A DNA stretch of 64,000 bases from Bacilli bacterium (lineage in GTDB: Bacteria; Bacillota_I; Bacilli_A; RFN20; CAG-288), in the NCBI GenBank assembly GCA_900770925.1, contig CAAGLY010000016.1, forward strand, positions 4,523 through 68,522, in the 5' to 3' direction. Below the pieces are notes generated by a model. It ran no database searches. It had not been told where the DNA came from and saw only the letters and a list, made by a program, of their open reading frames with translations. The translations under genes were made by a program, and so were the position numbers. This document shows, one piece after another, positions 38,939-48,967 of the stretch (position 1 is the first letter of the stretch; each line of letters starts with the position of its first letter).

Positions 38939-39481
38939 TTATCTTACGGAAGAAAAAAGACTATCGGCTTCCCTATCAATCTGTTCTTTCGTTGGAAATG
39001 TAGTTCCCATGCGTTTCAGTTCTTCCTCTGCCTGAAGGAGAAGAGAATAGTTAGCGCGGAGTAAAAGATACCGGTCTAAATATCCGATTGGGTCATCATT
39101 GGGGTCGATAAACGGACGGATGTTCCTCCTTAGGCGGAATGCATTTTCGCGCAGAGGAGTCTTGGATTTCCTTTCAAGCAGTTTCTTCCGAACGAGCTCT
39201 TTCCTGACTTCGCTTTCTTCTTCAAAAGGAAGCTTCTCGATAGAAAGAGAGATAAGGATCGGATAATTCTTCTGCTTCTCCCTTTCAGGGTCATCTAAAA
39301 GAGATAAGGCATAGCAATAATCCAGTCTGGAGAACGAAAGTCCTTTCCTTTTTTCAGCAACCTTTTTCTCATTCAGCTTGATTCTCTTATTGTAGACAAG
39401 GTCCTTAAGGGCCTCCCTGATCTCAGTTTCTTTTTTCCTGTTTTCTTCTAAGGCGTTGATTTCAATTGAAGTTAATTCCAT
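38939..39481 (-). CDS. Hypothetical charged protein, 180 aa
   Basis: AAGGAAGG Shine-Dalgarno sequence. Divergent from the yhhN-like gene. Confidence 0.5.
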   Translation of the reverse strand: MELTSIEINALEENRKKETEIREALKDLVYNKRIKLNEKKVAEKRKGLSFSRLDYCYALSLLDDPEREKQKNYPILISLSIEKLPFEEESEVRKELVRKKLLERKSKTPLRENAFRLRRNIRPFIDPNDDPIGYLDRYLLLRANYSLLLQAEEELKRMGTTFPTKEQIDREADSLFSSVR

Positions 39482-39600
39482 ATTCTGATTTCCTTCCTTA
39501 TTGATTGTAATCCTACTGGCCGTCTTTCGATACGATTTCCTATTTTTCTTCCGTTGATTGTCTCCTTTCTTTTCGGTAAAATAAACAAAAAGGAGGAATT

Positions 39601-40290
39601 ATGGCTGCTATTCAGGGCACTGCAAGGATTCTCTATCCCTGTTTGAGGAGTCTCTTCGGATGCGTAAGCGTTGCTGAGCTTATTGCCTGTTTTAGAGAGG
39701 AACACAGAATACGGAGGATTATCAAGCCGTTCTGTCTTCTGACTCTCTTTCTGACAGCCGTTCTCTTCTTCCCTAATCAGCCTTATCTTTATGTCGGCCT
39801 TCTCTGCGGAAGGATCGGCGATGTTTTCAGGAGGTTCACAAAAAAGAACATCTCTGTTCTTTTCGGAAGGCTGTTCTTCTTCCTGAACCATCTATTCAAC
39901 ATCTTAGAATTCGCCCAGCTCTTCTCTAATGAAATCACTAAGCGTGCCTACCTGATTTACGGGATTGGAATCGGGCTGGTTTTCTTCTTCGGTATGCTGG
40001 GAATCAACAGAAGGCTGAACATTCCATGGCAACTCAAATTAGGCGGAGGATTCTATAGGACCATTCTTGTCCTAGACTTGGCCGTTAGGTGTCTAGGGCT
40101 TTATCTCGGCTATAAGGAATTCATTTTCGGCGTTGTCGGAGGTTCCCTGTTCCTCTTTTCCGATCTTTTCCTAACCTATTCAAGGTACAGGAAAGAAATC
40201 AAGCGGGATCACTTCTATACAAGGATTACCTATCTCTGCGCCGAAAGGAGGATATTCCTCTGCTATTCTTCTCTGCTCGGTGCGTTTTGA
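39601..40290 (+). CDS. YhhN-family lysoplasmalogenase-like membrane protein
   Basis: AAAGGAGG Shine-Dalgarno sequence. Multi-TM protein with YhhN/TMEM86-type segments (..GDVFRRF.., ..FLFSDLFLTYSRY..). Confidence 0.65.
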   Translation: MAAIQGTARILYPCLRSLFGCVSVAELIACFREEHRIRRIIKPFCLLTLFLTAVLFFPNQPYLYVGLLCGRIGDVFRRFTKKNISVLFGRLFFFLNHLFNILEFAQLFSNEITKRAYLIYGIGIGLVFFFGMLGINRRLNIPWQLKLGGGFYRTILVLDLAVRCLGLYLGYKEFIFGVVGGSLFLFSDLFLTYSRYRKEIKRDHFYTRITYLCAERRIFLCYSSLLGAF

Positions 40291-40291
40291 T

Positions 40292-41929
40292 TCACTCTCC
40301 GAAACGTCCGACAAGGAATTCGTGCAGGATCTTCGCTAGAATCAGATAATCGACTTTCCTGACATTCGTGTGTGTAAAGGAATCCTGAGTCAGGATAAAA
40401 TCAGGAAGCTCATAAGAATTAAAGAATTTGGGAAGAACATTCCTGATTTCTTTCTTCTCTGCATTCTCATCGGTTCCTTTTTCCAGTGAGACAAACAGAC
40501 AGAGATAATCCCGTCCTTTATAGGTTTCGCCAAGATAAGCGCATTCCTTAACACCAGATAAAGAAGAGACCTTTTTCTCCACTGAGAGAGGATAGACATT
40601 CCTTCCTTTCTTCTTCAGCCTTCTCTTCCTTCGGCTGACAAAGTAAAGATAGCCGTCTTTATCCCTGTATCCGATATCCCCGGTAAGAACCCATTTTTCC
40701 TCATTTATCCTAAAGAAAGGATTGTTTTTCTGATGATAATATCCGTTCCTTAATACAGGTCCGGAAACAGCAATCTCGCCTTTTTCAAGGAATGGCTTCT
40801 CTTCATGAGTAATCGGATCAAGGATCTTAACCTTTACATTCGATAGAGGCTTGCCAATGGAGCCTAATCGATTATTCTTCCTCGTATTGACGCTTAAGAC
40901 CGTGACCGTCTCAGTCAGTCCATAGCCTTCGAAGAGTTTTCCTTTGCTTCCGCCTTCTTCCAAACGTTTATTGAACCGTTCAAGAAGCGAAGGGGAGATA
41001 AAGTCCCCGCCGATAAAGCAGATCCAGATCTGTTTCAGCTTTTCTCCGTAAAAGTCCTTGTTCTTCAGCAGTGCTTCATAGATGGCCGGAACGCCGATAA
41101 GTATATTCAAGCGGTTCTGTTTCAGAAGCTTAACGACTTTCTTTGTCCGGAAAGAGGGAAGCAAGGCAATCGTTCCGCCAAAGCAGAGCCTAGTCAGGAT
41201 TCCCCTAGTCAGGCCAAAGCCATGGAACATCGGAAGAGCAGCAAGCCTGCACCTATGCTTTTCTCTCACTTCCTCAGCGCCTGCATTGATGATTTCCGGT
41301 CCGTTCTCAATGACCGAGTAAAAAGCAAAGTCACTGAGAATGATGCTCTTGCTCTCTCCGGTCGTACCTCCGGAAGAAAGAAGGATTCTTCCTTTTTCCG
41401 AATCATAGAGAGACCTATCCGTTTTCCTTCTGTTTTTCCCAAACGGAATCAGCTTTCTGTCCTTTTGATAACTAGTCAGCTCTTTTCTTTCTTTGAGGGA
41501 GAAAAGGCACTGCTTTATTTTACTAAGAGAAGCGGAAGGATCAAGTGCCATCCTTGGAATATTTGATGAAATCAGAAGCGGATATTTATTCCTGAATATC
41601 GATACAACTATCAAGAGTTTTGAATTCTTATCTTTTACTTCTTTCAGGATATTTTCCTGGCTTGTAAGTGGATGGAGAAGATGAATAGAGATATCTAGTT
41701 TTGAGGCAGCATAGAAAAGAGCAACCGCCTCCGGAGTATTCGGAGCAACGAGAGTAATCAAGTCATCTTTCTTTAACCCGGCAGAGGCTAAAGAAGAAGC
41801 TGCTTTTTCAACCAGGTTCAAGAAAGAAGAATAAGTGATTGTCTTCCCTTCATAATACCTGCAGGGTTTTTTAGGAACCTCTTCGGTTACAGAAAGAAGA
41901 GTCTGATAGAAAGTTCTGCTTTTATCCAT
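40292..41929 (-). CDS. AMP-binding acyl-CoA ligase (fatty-acid--CoA ligase family)
   Basis: AMP-binding motif LSSGGTTGESK, YGLTE, and hinge ..GDIGYRDKDGYLYFVSRRK... Confidence 0.85.
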   Translation of the reverse strand: MDKSRTFYQTLLSVTEEVPKKPCRYYEGKTITYSSFLNLVEKAASSLASAGLKKDDLITLVAPNTPEAVALFYAASKLDISIHLLHPLTSQENILKEVKDKNSKLLIVVSIFRNKYPLLISSNIPRMALDPSASLSKIKQCLFSLKERKELTSYQKDRKLIPFGKNRRKTDRSLYDSEKGRILLSSGGTTGESKSIILSDFAFYSVIENGPEIINAGAEEVREKHRCRLAALPMFHGFGLTRGILTRLCFGGTIALLPSFRTKKVVKLLKQNRLNILIGVPAIYEALLKNKDFYGEKLKQIWICFIGGDFISPSLLERFNKRLEEGGSKGKLFEGYGLTETVTVLSVNTRKNNRLGSIGKPLSNVKVKILDPITHEEKPFLEKGEIAVSGPVLRNGYYHQKNNPFFRINEEKWVLTGDIGYRDKDGYLYFVSRRKRRLKKKGRNVYPLSVEKKVSSLSGVKECAYLGETYKGRDYLCLFVSLEKGTDENAEKKEIRNVLPKFFNSYELPDFILTQDSFTHTNVRKVDYLILAKILHEFLVGRFGE

Positions 41930-41952
41930 GGTAGGTTCCTCCTTAAAAGTCT

Positions 41953-42786
41953 TCAGAAACGATATCCCCTAGGCAACGTAATCAGAATAAGTATTCCGAT
42001 CAGAACCGGCTGATGGATGAGATACACCCACCTTGTGTTCTTTCCCCTGAAGCAGAGAGGCTTAAATACCGAATGCGGAATCGGAAGCCGCGTCTTTTTC
42101 TGTTTGTAGAAGACTTTGCCTATTGCTGCGCCAAGGAAGGTAGGAGCAAGATAGGGAATCAGCGGGAAATAATCAGCGCCAAAGTTCTCTACTCCGAATA
42201 GAAGATCAACTACATCCTGGAAAGAAGTAATCTCATCGATATAGTTTTCCGAATAATACAGGTTCCCTACCCTGCACAATGCAAAGATAAAGAAGGAAAG
42301 GGCAAAAAGGAGTCTAGCATCATCCTTGCAGATCTTATCGATAATGGCGACAAAAAGGACTGAGAAGCCTAAAGCAAAGAGGACGCCGAAGAGGATTCGG
42401 GTATCTAAGGCACCGCCTGAAATGTAATAGATTGCATAGGTAGCCGCATCGAGAATCACACAGCCAATAAGAATCTTCAGGCCATGTTTGAAGTTATTCC
42501 GGGAAAAAGAGCAGGAAATACCGGAAAGAATAAAGAACAATCCAGAGAAGATAAAGTGGCAGACTAGTTCCCATTCGCTCTCCCTGACTCCGATGCAGAA
42601 TCGGTTCCTAGTCCAGATAAACGGGTTCCGGCGGCTATAGAAATTGTAGTACCTTTCCGGAAGCAGAAAAGCAAAGTCATAGGCGAGGTGGTCAAGAATC
42701 ATCAGAAAAACCGATAGTCCTCTTAAGGCATCAATCTCCCAGACCCGTCCAGCGTGTTCCTTCTTTTTTCTGCCAATGCATTTCAT
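41953..42786 (-). CDS. DUF1624 / HGSNAT-like membrane acyltransferase
   Basis: ..VWEIDALRGLSVFLMILDHL.. N-terminus and multiple TM helices. Confidence 0.65.
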   Translation of the reverse strand: MKCIGRKKKEHAGRVWEIDALRGLSVFLMILDHLAYDFAFLLPERYYNFYSRRNPFIWTRNRFCIGVRESEWELVCHFIFSGLFFILSGISCSFSRNNFKHGLKILIGCVILDAATYAIYYISGGALDTRILFGVLFALGFSVLFVAIIDKICKDDARLLFALSFFIFALCRVGNLYYSENYIDEITSFQDVVDLLFGVENFGADYFPLIPYLAPTFLGAAIGKVFYKQKKTRLPIPHSVFKPLCFRGKNTRWVYLIHQPVLIGILILITLPRGYRF

Positions 42787-42840
42787 ATGGCTAATATATT
42801 AACACCTTTTTTCAATATTCACAGGAGAAAAACTCCGTAA

Positions 42841-42890
42841 CTATTGGAAAAATCCAATAGAAAAAGGGCACCGGCTTACCAGTGCCCTTA
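42841..42890 (-). terminator. Tandem hairpins terminating tRNA-Leu transcription
   Basis: AAGGGCAC..GTGCCCTT stem (42864-42889) followed on the minus transcript by a U-rich run. A second palindrome CTATTGGA-AAAA-TCCAATAG sits at 42841-42860. Confidence 0.7.
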
Positions 42891-42899
42891 TGTTTTTAA

Positions 42900-42983
<84 letters not shown>

Positions 42984-42994
42984 ATTGCTCAACA

Positions 42995-43023
42995 ATTATA
43001 TCCACTTCCAATCGCCAATTCAA
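42995..43023 (-). promoter_or_regulatory. Near-consensus promoter for tRNA-Leu (TTGAAT-17-TATAAT)
   Basis: Reverse complement of 43018-43023 is TTGAAT and of 42995-43000 is TATAAT. The -10 ends about 11 nt before the tRNA 5' end. Confidence 0.7.
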
Positions 43024-43048
43024 GAAAAATCCGCTAAAATATTTTACA

Positions 43049-43741
43049 ATGGATAAACGGACATTATTAGCACGCAAGATTTTCACCATGGATGACGGCT
43101 ATCCCCTCAAGGTCAATGTCTTTCTTAAGAAGGGGAGACGGGGTAGGCTAGCCCGGGTTGAATATGGGGAACTCTGTATCTATAGGACAGAGGACAGGTC
43201 GGAGAAAACCCTGCTTAGGTTTGTCAAGAAAGTCTATAAGCTACGGAAGAAGCAGATTACCCAGCGTCCGTTTAGGAAAGAAAATATCTATATCTATCAT
43301 CTTGGGAAGAAATGCTACTTCACGGATGATGTGATGAAAAAGGGGAGCGAAGGGTTCTACTACCTTCCTAAGAATACAAAGGATCCTCTGACCCGGTATA
43401 AGAAGGATTTCCTTCTGTATCTGGATAAGCGGGTGAGAGAAATCGGAAGAAGAATGGGAGTAGACCTCTCCTCCTGGACAATCCGAACCGGTCTCTTCCA
43501 GACCTACTACGGATGCTGCAGGCCGAAGAAGAAAGTCAGGAAGTTCGATTACCGTCTGTTTGCCTATAAGCAGGAAATTTCCGATTCCGTCATTGTACAT
43601 GAGATTGCCCATGTCTATGAAATCCATCATAACGACCGGTTCTATCGGATAGTCCGGCTCTACTGTCCGGACTATGACCATCTCCAGGACGAATTAGAAG
43701 AAGGACATTTTGAAGGAGAATTAGATAATTATGTCTACTAG
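43049..43741 (+). CDS. YgjP-like (DUF45/M48 family) metal-dependent hydrolase
   Basis: HEIAHVYEIHH (HExxH) and a YYGCC motif. The ORF-track start at 42890 overlaps the tRNA and its promoter, so the start was moved to the ATG at 43049. Confidence 0.7.
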   Translation: MDKRTLLARKIFTMDDGYPLKVNVFLKKGRRGRLARVEYGELCIYRTEDRSEKTLLRFVKKVYKLRKKQITQRPFRKENIYIYHLGKKCYFTDDVMKKGSEGFYYLPKNTKDPLTRYKKDFLLYLDKRVREIGRRMGVDLSSWTIRTGLFQTYYGCCRPKKKVRKFDYRLFAYKQEISDSVIVHEIAHVYEIHHNDRFYRIVRLYCPDYDHLQDELEEGHFEGELDNYVY

Positions 43742-44468
43742 AGTGATTCAGAGCGAAGAGAATAAAACATTCAAGGAACTCCTTAAGCTGAAAAAGGGAG
43801 ATAGCAAGCAAGGTCTTTTCCTTGCTGAAGGAAGAGATCTTCTCGATGAAGCGAGGAAAGGCGGATGCGTGAAGACTATTCTGATTCCGGAAGGAGGGAA
43901 GAATCCTTATCCAGAAATGGATACTCTTATCCTTAAGCAGGGAAGGTACCGTTCCTTAGCCAATTATCAGTCTCTTCCCGAGAGGATTACCCTATGTCAG
44001 AAGTCCTTTTCGCCTCTTTCTTCTTTAGGGGATAGAATCATCTACCTGGACAAAGTCCAGGACCCTGGGAATCTAGGGACAATTATCCGAAGCGCTTTAT
44101 CGTTTTCCTATACCGGTGTTGCGCTTTCTTTTGACTGCGTTTCGCTCTATAATAATAAAGCCATCCAATCTTCAAAAGGGGCCCTGTTCAAGAGGCCTGT
44201 CGCACAGGCTGAACTAAGTGAATTAGACAAGCTCGGCTATCACATCTATCTGACCACGTTAGATGGCAAAGACGAGAAGGATTTTCCTTCTCTTCCGACT
44301 CCTTTCTGCCTTGTTTTCGGAAACGAAGGGCAGGGAGTCAGCAAGAAAAATCTATCTTTAGGAACGAAGCTGAAGATCAACAGGAGCAACATCGACTCTC
44401 TCAATGTCGCCGTTGCTGCCGGAATCTTCAGGTACCGGTTCCGGAAAGGAGGACCAAATGGCCATTAA
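43731..44468 (+). CDS. TrmH/SpoU-family RNA 2'-O-methyltransferase
   Basis: SpoU motifs (..LDKVQDPGNLGTIIRSA.., ..LVFGNEGQGVS..). Confidence 0.8.
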   Translation: MSTRVIQSEENKTFKELLKLKKGDSKQGLFLAEGRDLLDEARKGGCVKTILIPEGGKNPYPEMDTLILKQGRYRSLANYQSLPERITLCQKSFSPLSSLGDRIIYLDKVQDPGNLGTIIRSALSFSYTGVALSFDCVSLYNNKAIQSSKGALFKRPVAQAELSELDKLGYHIYLTTLDGKDEKDFPSLPTPFCLVFGNEGQGVSKKNLSLGTKLKINRSNIDSLNVAVAAGIFRYRFRKGGPNGH

Positions 44469-45393
44469 AAAGCAGAAAGTCATCAAGAACATCAACAGCA
44501 ATATCCGGATTGAAACCCCTAGTAGAAAAACGGTCCTGATCTGTGCCAACGGATTCTCCACGAGCGATACGCATGATTCAACGGCTAGGCACGAATATTT
44601 CGATAAGTCCTTCAAGGAAGAATATCCGACCTGTGAAATCGTTCCGGTTTCTCTTTTCCTTCCTAGTCAGAAGAAGACCCATAGCACAAAGCACTTTGAG
44701 AAAGCCTATCGGAAGACCATAGAAGAATACATCTCTAAGGGATACGATATCAGGTTGCTTGGCTACTCTTTCTCCGGTGCATTGACCGCAAAAATGGCCT
44801 GTGCCTATTCCGAGTATGTCAGAAAAGTCATTCTCGTTGCTCCGATTTACGATACCATCATCAACAACAGGATTCCCGGCTATATCGAATATGCCTGGAA
44901 ATTCCACAAGCTCCGCAAGAAATACGGCAAGAAGGTCTCAGGATCAATCTGCCGGGAGACTTCTGTCGGAAGGGTAAAGACCCTTTTTGCCATTTTCTTC
45001 TCTATCTTATTCAACCGGCGTTATCTCCGTAAGAGGGAGACACCGACCTTGATTATTCACGGAACAAGCGATGAACTCTCTACCGAGCATGCCATCCATA
45101 AGATCGACAAGAAACTTCCTGCCGAACATGAATTATTCATCTACGACAAGAGGACCCATGCCATCAGGAAAAACGTCCGGACAAACGGAATCGTCTTCGA
45201 AGACATTCTTCACTTCGCCTTCAACACCCCTTATCTGATTGAAGCGGAATCCACCATCAAGAGGAGGGAAGCAGCAGTCGCAAAGCCTGCCTTAGACGAA
45301 GATGGAAATCCGATTCCGTCTTTCGGAGAAATATTCGAAGAGCTTAAGCCGTACAGCGATGAAGAAGCAAAGTACGGAGAAGAAGAATTCTAA
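44458..45393 (+). CDS. Alpha/beta hydrolase
   Basis: GYSFSG nucleophile elbow and HGTSDEL. Start set at the ATG at 44458 (AAGGAGG Shine-Dalgarno sequence). Confidence 0.75.
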   Translation: MAIKKQKVIKNINSNIRIETPSRKTVLICANGFSTSDTHDSTARHEYFDKSFKEEYPTCEIVPVSLFLPSQKKTHSTKHFEKAYRKTIEEYISKGYDIRLLGYSFSGALTAKMACAYSEYVRKVILVAPIYDTIINNRIPGYIEYAWKFHKLRKKYGKKVSGSICRETSVGRVKTLFAIFFSILFNRRYLRKRETPTLIIHGTSDELSTEHAIHKIDKKLPAEHELFIYDKRTHAIRKNVRTNGIVFEDILHFAFNTPYLIEAESTIKRREAAVAKPALDEDGNPIPSFGEIFEELKPYSDEEAKYGEEEF

Positions 45394-45416
45394 AAGGCGT
45401 CATTAGACGCCTTTTC
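45394..45416 (+). terminator. Terminator after the hydrolase gene
   Basis: AAGGCGTC-ATTA-GACGCCTT hairpin followed by a T-run. Confidence 0.75.
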
Positions 45417-45490
45417 TTGGATTTGCTTTTTCTCCCCTTTATAATAAGTAGGTTATTCAGAATATAAGTATTTCAAGCACGGAGGCAACC

Positions 45491-48220
45491 ATGAAACTGA
45501 AAGATACTTTAACAAGGCCGAAAGGAACATTCCCAAGGCGTGCCAATCTTCCTTCCTGGGAAGGAAAAATGGCCGAGGGATGGGACGAAAAGGGCATTTA
45601 TAACAAACTCTTAAAAGAACACGAGAACAAGACCCCCTTCTATCTCCACGATGGTCCTCCGTATGCAAACGGACAGATTCACTGCGGACACGCCTTAAAC
45701 AAGATCATCAAGGATATCATCATCCGCAGCAAGAATTTAGAAGGCTATTATGTTCCTTATACTCCGGGCTGGGATACCCATGGCCTTCCGATTGAAAACC
45801 AGGTCACCAAATCCGGCGTCGACCGCAAGACGACTCCGCCGGCTTTATTCCGCCAGAAATGCCGTGAATACGCTATCGGGCAGGTCGAATACCAGAAAAA
45901 GCAGAGGCTCCGCCTTGGTGTCATCGGTGATTACCATCATCCGTATCGGACCTTAGACCGTGACTATGAAGCCGATCAGATCCATATTTTTGCCAAGAGG
46001 GCAAGGGATGGACTGATTTATAAAGGACTTAAGCCGGTCAACTGGTCCTGGTCGAGCGAGTCTGCTTTAGCCGAAGCCGAAATCGAATATAAGGATGTCC
46101 ATGCGACAACCCTTTATTTCAAGTTCCCGGTCGAAGACGGAAAAGGCCTGTTAAATAAAGGCGATGCCATCCTCGTCTGGACGACAACTGCCTGGACTAT
46201 TCCTTCTAACCAGGGCTTATGCCTTAACCCGAAGAGGGTCTATGGCTTATTCAAGACCGATAAAGGAAACTTAGTCAGGCTGAAGGATCTCGCACAGAGC
46301 CTGAAAGAGAAAGTCGGATTCAAGGAAAGGGAGCTTCTTAAGGAGTTCACCGGAAAAGACGCTGAAGGCATCCTTGTCCGTCATCCTTATCAGGACCGTC
46401 TTGTTCCTTGCTGTGCTGATGACTATGTCACTTCCGATTCCGGTACTGGTATTGTCCACCTTGGCCCGGGCCATGGTGCTGACGACTACCGTGTCGCAAA
46501 GAAATACCATCTTCCGATTGTCTGCACCGTCGATCCGAAAGGCTATAGGGTCGATTCCGGTGACGAAGTCAACGGAAGGTTCTATGAAGATGCCGGAAAT
46601 AAGGTTCTCGGAATCTTGAAAGAGAACGGAAACCTTTTAGCAACCGAAGAAATCGTCCACGCCTATCCGCATGACTGGCGGACAAAGAAGCCGACCATCT
46701 TCCGTGCAACCACCCAATGGTTCTGCTCCATCACGAAAATCAAGGATAAGCTGTTAGAGGAAGCCGATAAGGTCAAGTATCTCCCTGTCTGGGGAAAGAC
46801 CCGCTTTAAGAACAGGCTAAGCGACCGGGATGACTGGTGTATTTCCCGTCAGCGCCTCTGGGGTGTTCCGATTCCGATCTTCTACGGAGAAGATGGTGAG
46901 CCCTTAAGGGATAAGGTCCTCTTCGATTACATCGAGAAGCTCTTCCGCGAGAACGGAAGCGATATCTGGTATGAATGGCCGATTGAGAAGCTTAGGCCAG
47001 AAGGATATAAGACTATCCATTCTCCTAATGGTATCTTCACAAAGGAGAAAGACATCAGGGATGTCTGGTTCGACTCTGGTTCTTCCTTCTTAGCTAGCGA
47101 TATCAATTACCATCATCCTTTCCCTGCCGACCTTTACTTTGAAGGTAATGACCAGTACCGCGGATGGTACAACTCCTCGATGATTCTTTCCGTTGCTTAT
47201 ACCGGAATTTCTCCGTATAAGAGGATTCTGACTCACGGATTCATTGTCGATCAGAACGGAGATAAGTTCTCCAAGTCCAAACAGAACGGTATCGATCCGG
47301 TCGATATCTGCAATAAGTTCGGTGCGGATATCTTACGTCTGTGGACCACATCCATTGACTTCACCACAGCCGAAATCAAGCTTTCTGTTCCGCTTCTCTC
47401 GGTCGTCTCCGATCAGTACCGGAAAATCCGCAACACCTTCAAGTTCAGGCTCTCTAACCTTCAGAACGATGATAACGGGGATAAGTTCGATACCTCCTAT
47501 GTTCCCTCTTCTCTTTCTCTGACTAGTCGCAGGATCCTTAACCGCCTGAAAGAGGTCTTAAAGGACAGGAAGAAAGGCTATGACGAATATAACTTCACCA
47601 ATGTCACCACTGCCTTAACGAACTTCTGTGTCAACGATCTCTCTTCCTTCTTCCTTGATTTCTCTAAGGATACCCTATATTGCGACGGCAAGAATAGTCA
47701 GCAGCGTTTAGAGACGCAGTACGTCCTATTTACCATTGTCAGGAATTTAGCCATCGCCTATTCGCCGATTCTTGCTTTCACGAGGGAAGAGGTCTATCAG
47801 ACTCTCTCCTTCAGCGGAAAGAAAGAATCCGTCATCTTAGAAGACTATCCTTCCTTCGATGATATCGATGAGAAACTCAGCAAGGATTATTCCACACTCT
47901 TAGCCGTCCGCTCTAAAGTCAACACCAGGATTGAGCCTTTACGGAAAGATAACCAGATTCATTCTTCCAGCGAAGCAAGCGTCTCCTTTACTCCGGAAAC
48001 CGAAGAGGAGAAGAAGTTAATTGAGGCATTAGGAGAGAAGGAAGTCGCCCGTATCCTGATTGTCTCCGGATTCAAGAGGGGAGAAAAGAACTCAGTTGTC
48101 TCCCATCCGGGAATCCGCTGTGATCGTTGCTGGAACTACTTCGACGAAGTTACCACGGATAATGAGGGAAACCATCTCTGCCCGCGCTGTGAGAAGATTG
48201 TCCATCCGGAAGGAAAGTAA
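45491..48220 (+). CDS. ileS: Isoleucine--tRNA ligase
   Basis: 909 aa. HCGH (HIGH variant), KFSKS, and C-terminal zinc finger CDRC..CPRC. Confidence 0.95.
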   Translation: MKLKDTLTRPKGTFPRRANLPSWEGKMAEGWDEKGIYNKLLKEHENKTPFYLHDGPPYANGQIHCGHALNKIIKDIIIRSKNLEGYYVPYTPGWDTHGLPIENQVTKSGVDRKTTPPALFRQKCREYAIGQVEYQKKQRLRLGVIGDYHHPYRTLDRDYEADQIHIFAKRARDGLIYKGLKPVNWSWSSESALAEAEIEYKDVHATTLYFKFPVEDGKGLLNKGDAILVWTTTAWTIPSNQGLCLNPKRVYGLFKTDKGNLVRLKDLAQSLKEKVGFKERELLKEFTGKDAEGILVRHPYQDRLVPCCADDYVTSDSGTGIVHLGPGHGADDYRVAKKYHLPIVCTVDPKGYRVDSGDEVNGRFYEDAGNKVLGILKENGNLLATEEIVHAYPHDWRTKKPTIFRATTQWFCSITKIKDKLLEEADKVKYLPVWGKTRFKNRLSDRDDWCISRQRLWGVPIPIFYGEDGEPLRDKVLFDYIEKLFRENGSDIWYEWPIEKLRPEGYKTIHSPNGIFTKEKDIRDVWFDSGSSFLASDINYHHPFPADLYFEGNDQYRGWYNSSMILSVAYTGISPYKRILTHGFIVDQNGDKFSKSKQNGIDPVDICNKFGADILRLWTTSIDFTTAEIKLSVPLLSVVSDQYRKIRNTFKFRLSNLQNDDNGDKFDTSYVPSSLSLTSRRILNRLKEVLKDRKKGYDEYNFTNVTTALTNFCVNDLSSFFLDFSKDTLYCDGKNSQQRLETQYVLFTIVRNLAIAYSPILAFTREEVYQTLSFSGKKESVILEDYPSFDDIDEKLSKDYSTLLAVRSKVNTRIEPLRKDNQIHSSSEASVSFTPETEEEKKLIEALGEKEVARILIVSGFKRGEKNSVVSHPGIRCDRCWNYFDEVTTDNEGNHLCPRCEKIVHPEGK

Positions 48221-48223
48221 GAC

Positions 48224-48967
48224 ATGTCCGAAGCAAAAAAAGAAAAGGTCTCGCTGACAGGAAAGCTGAAGGCCTATTTCCCGAAATACTTCAAATCCTT
48301 AAATTACCCCTTCTATATTTCTAGGATTCTTCTCTCTGTCGGTCTGTTCCTTGTCGACTACTTCACGAAGCATGCTGCCTATGACTTTCTCAGTTCAAAG
48401 CCATCTGGATACGTGTTAGAAAACTATATCCCAGGACTTATCGACCTGACCTTAGTCGGAAACCAGGGAGCTGCCTGGGGTTCCTTCTCCGGAAAGAGGT
48501 GGGCCCTTGTCATTATCTCTTCCATTGCCTCTGTTAGGCTGACGATCAACCTCCTCTTCCGTTTCACTGCCTATAACAAGGTCTTAAGGGTAGGTGTTAC
48601 CCTTATGCTGCCTGGCGCTGCCGGAAACCTCGTTGACCGTATCGGATTCCTTGCCCAGAAAGGTATCTATAAGAACGGAGTAGTCGATTTCCTCCGGTTC
48701 CACTTCTGGCAGGACTTCCCAATCTGCAATATCGCGGACTACTGTCTCTCTGTGGGTGTTGTTGTCCTTATTGTCGGCTTTGTCAGGGAATTCATCAAGG
48801 AATACAAACAGATCAAAGCCGAAGAGGAAGCCGACAAGAAGAAAGCCCTCGAACAGGGAAAAGATGCCGAAATCAAAGAAGATGATCTGAATAAGAAGCT
48901 CTCCGAGCTTTCAAAGAAAGAAGACATTCCCCATGATACAGAAAAAGGAAGTAACGGAGAAGAATAG
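48224..48967 (+). CDS. lspA: Lipoprotein signal peptidase II with an acidic C-terminal extension of about 80 aa
   Basis: LspA core (..VDFLRFHFWQDFPICNIADYCLSVGV..) followed by a charged tail. ileS-lspA-rluD order as in Bacillus. Confidence 0.85.
   Translation: MSEAKKEKVSLTGKLKAYFPKYFKSLNYPFYISRILLSVGLFLVDYFTKHAAYDFLSSKPSGYVLENYIPGLIDLTLVGNQGAAWGSFSGKRWALVIISSIASVRLTINLLFRFTAYNKVLRVGVTLMLPGAAGNLVDRIGFLAQKGIYKNGVVDFLRFHFWQDFPICNIADYCLSVGVVVLIVGFVREFIKEYKQIKAEEEADKKKALEQGKDAEIKEDDLNKKLSELSKKEDIPHDTEKGSNGEE

Noticed and set aside
39472-39891. 139-aa minus-strand ORF
   Set aside because: Overlaps the well-supported yhhN-like gene (strong AAAGGAGG Shine-Dalgarno sequence) on the other strand, and has no Shine-Dalgarno sequence of its own.
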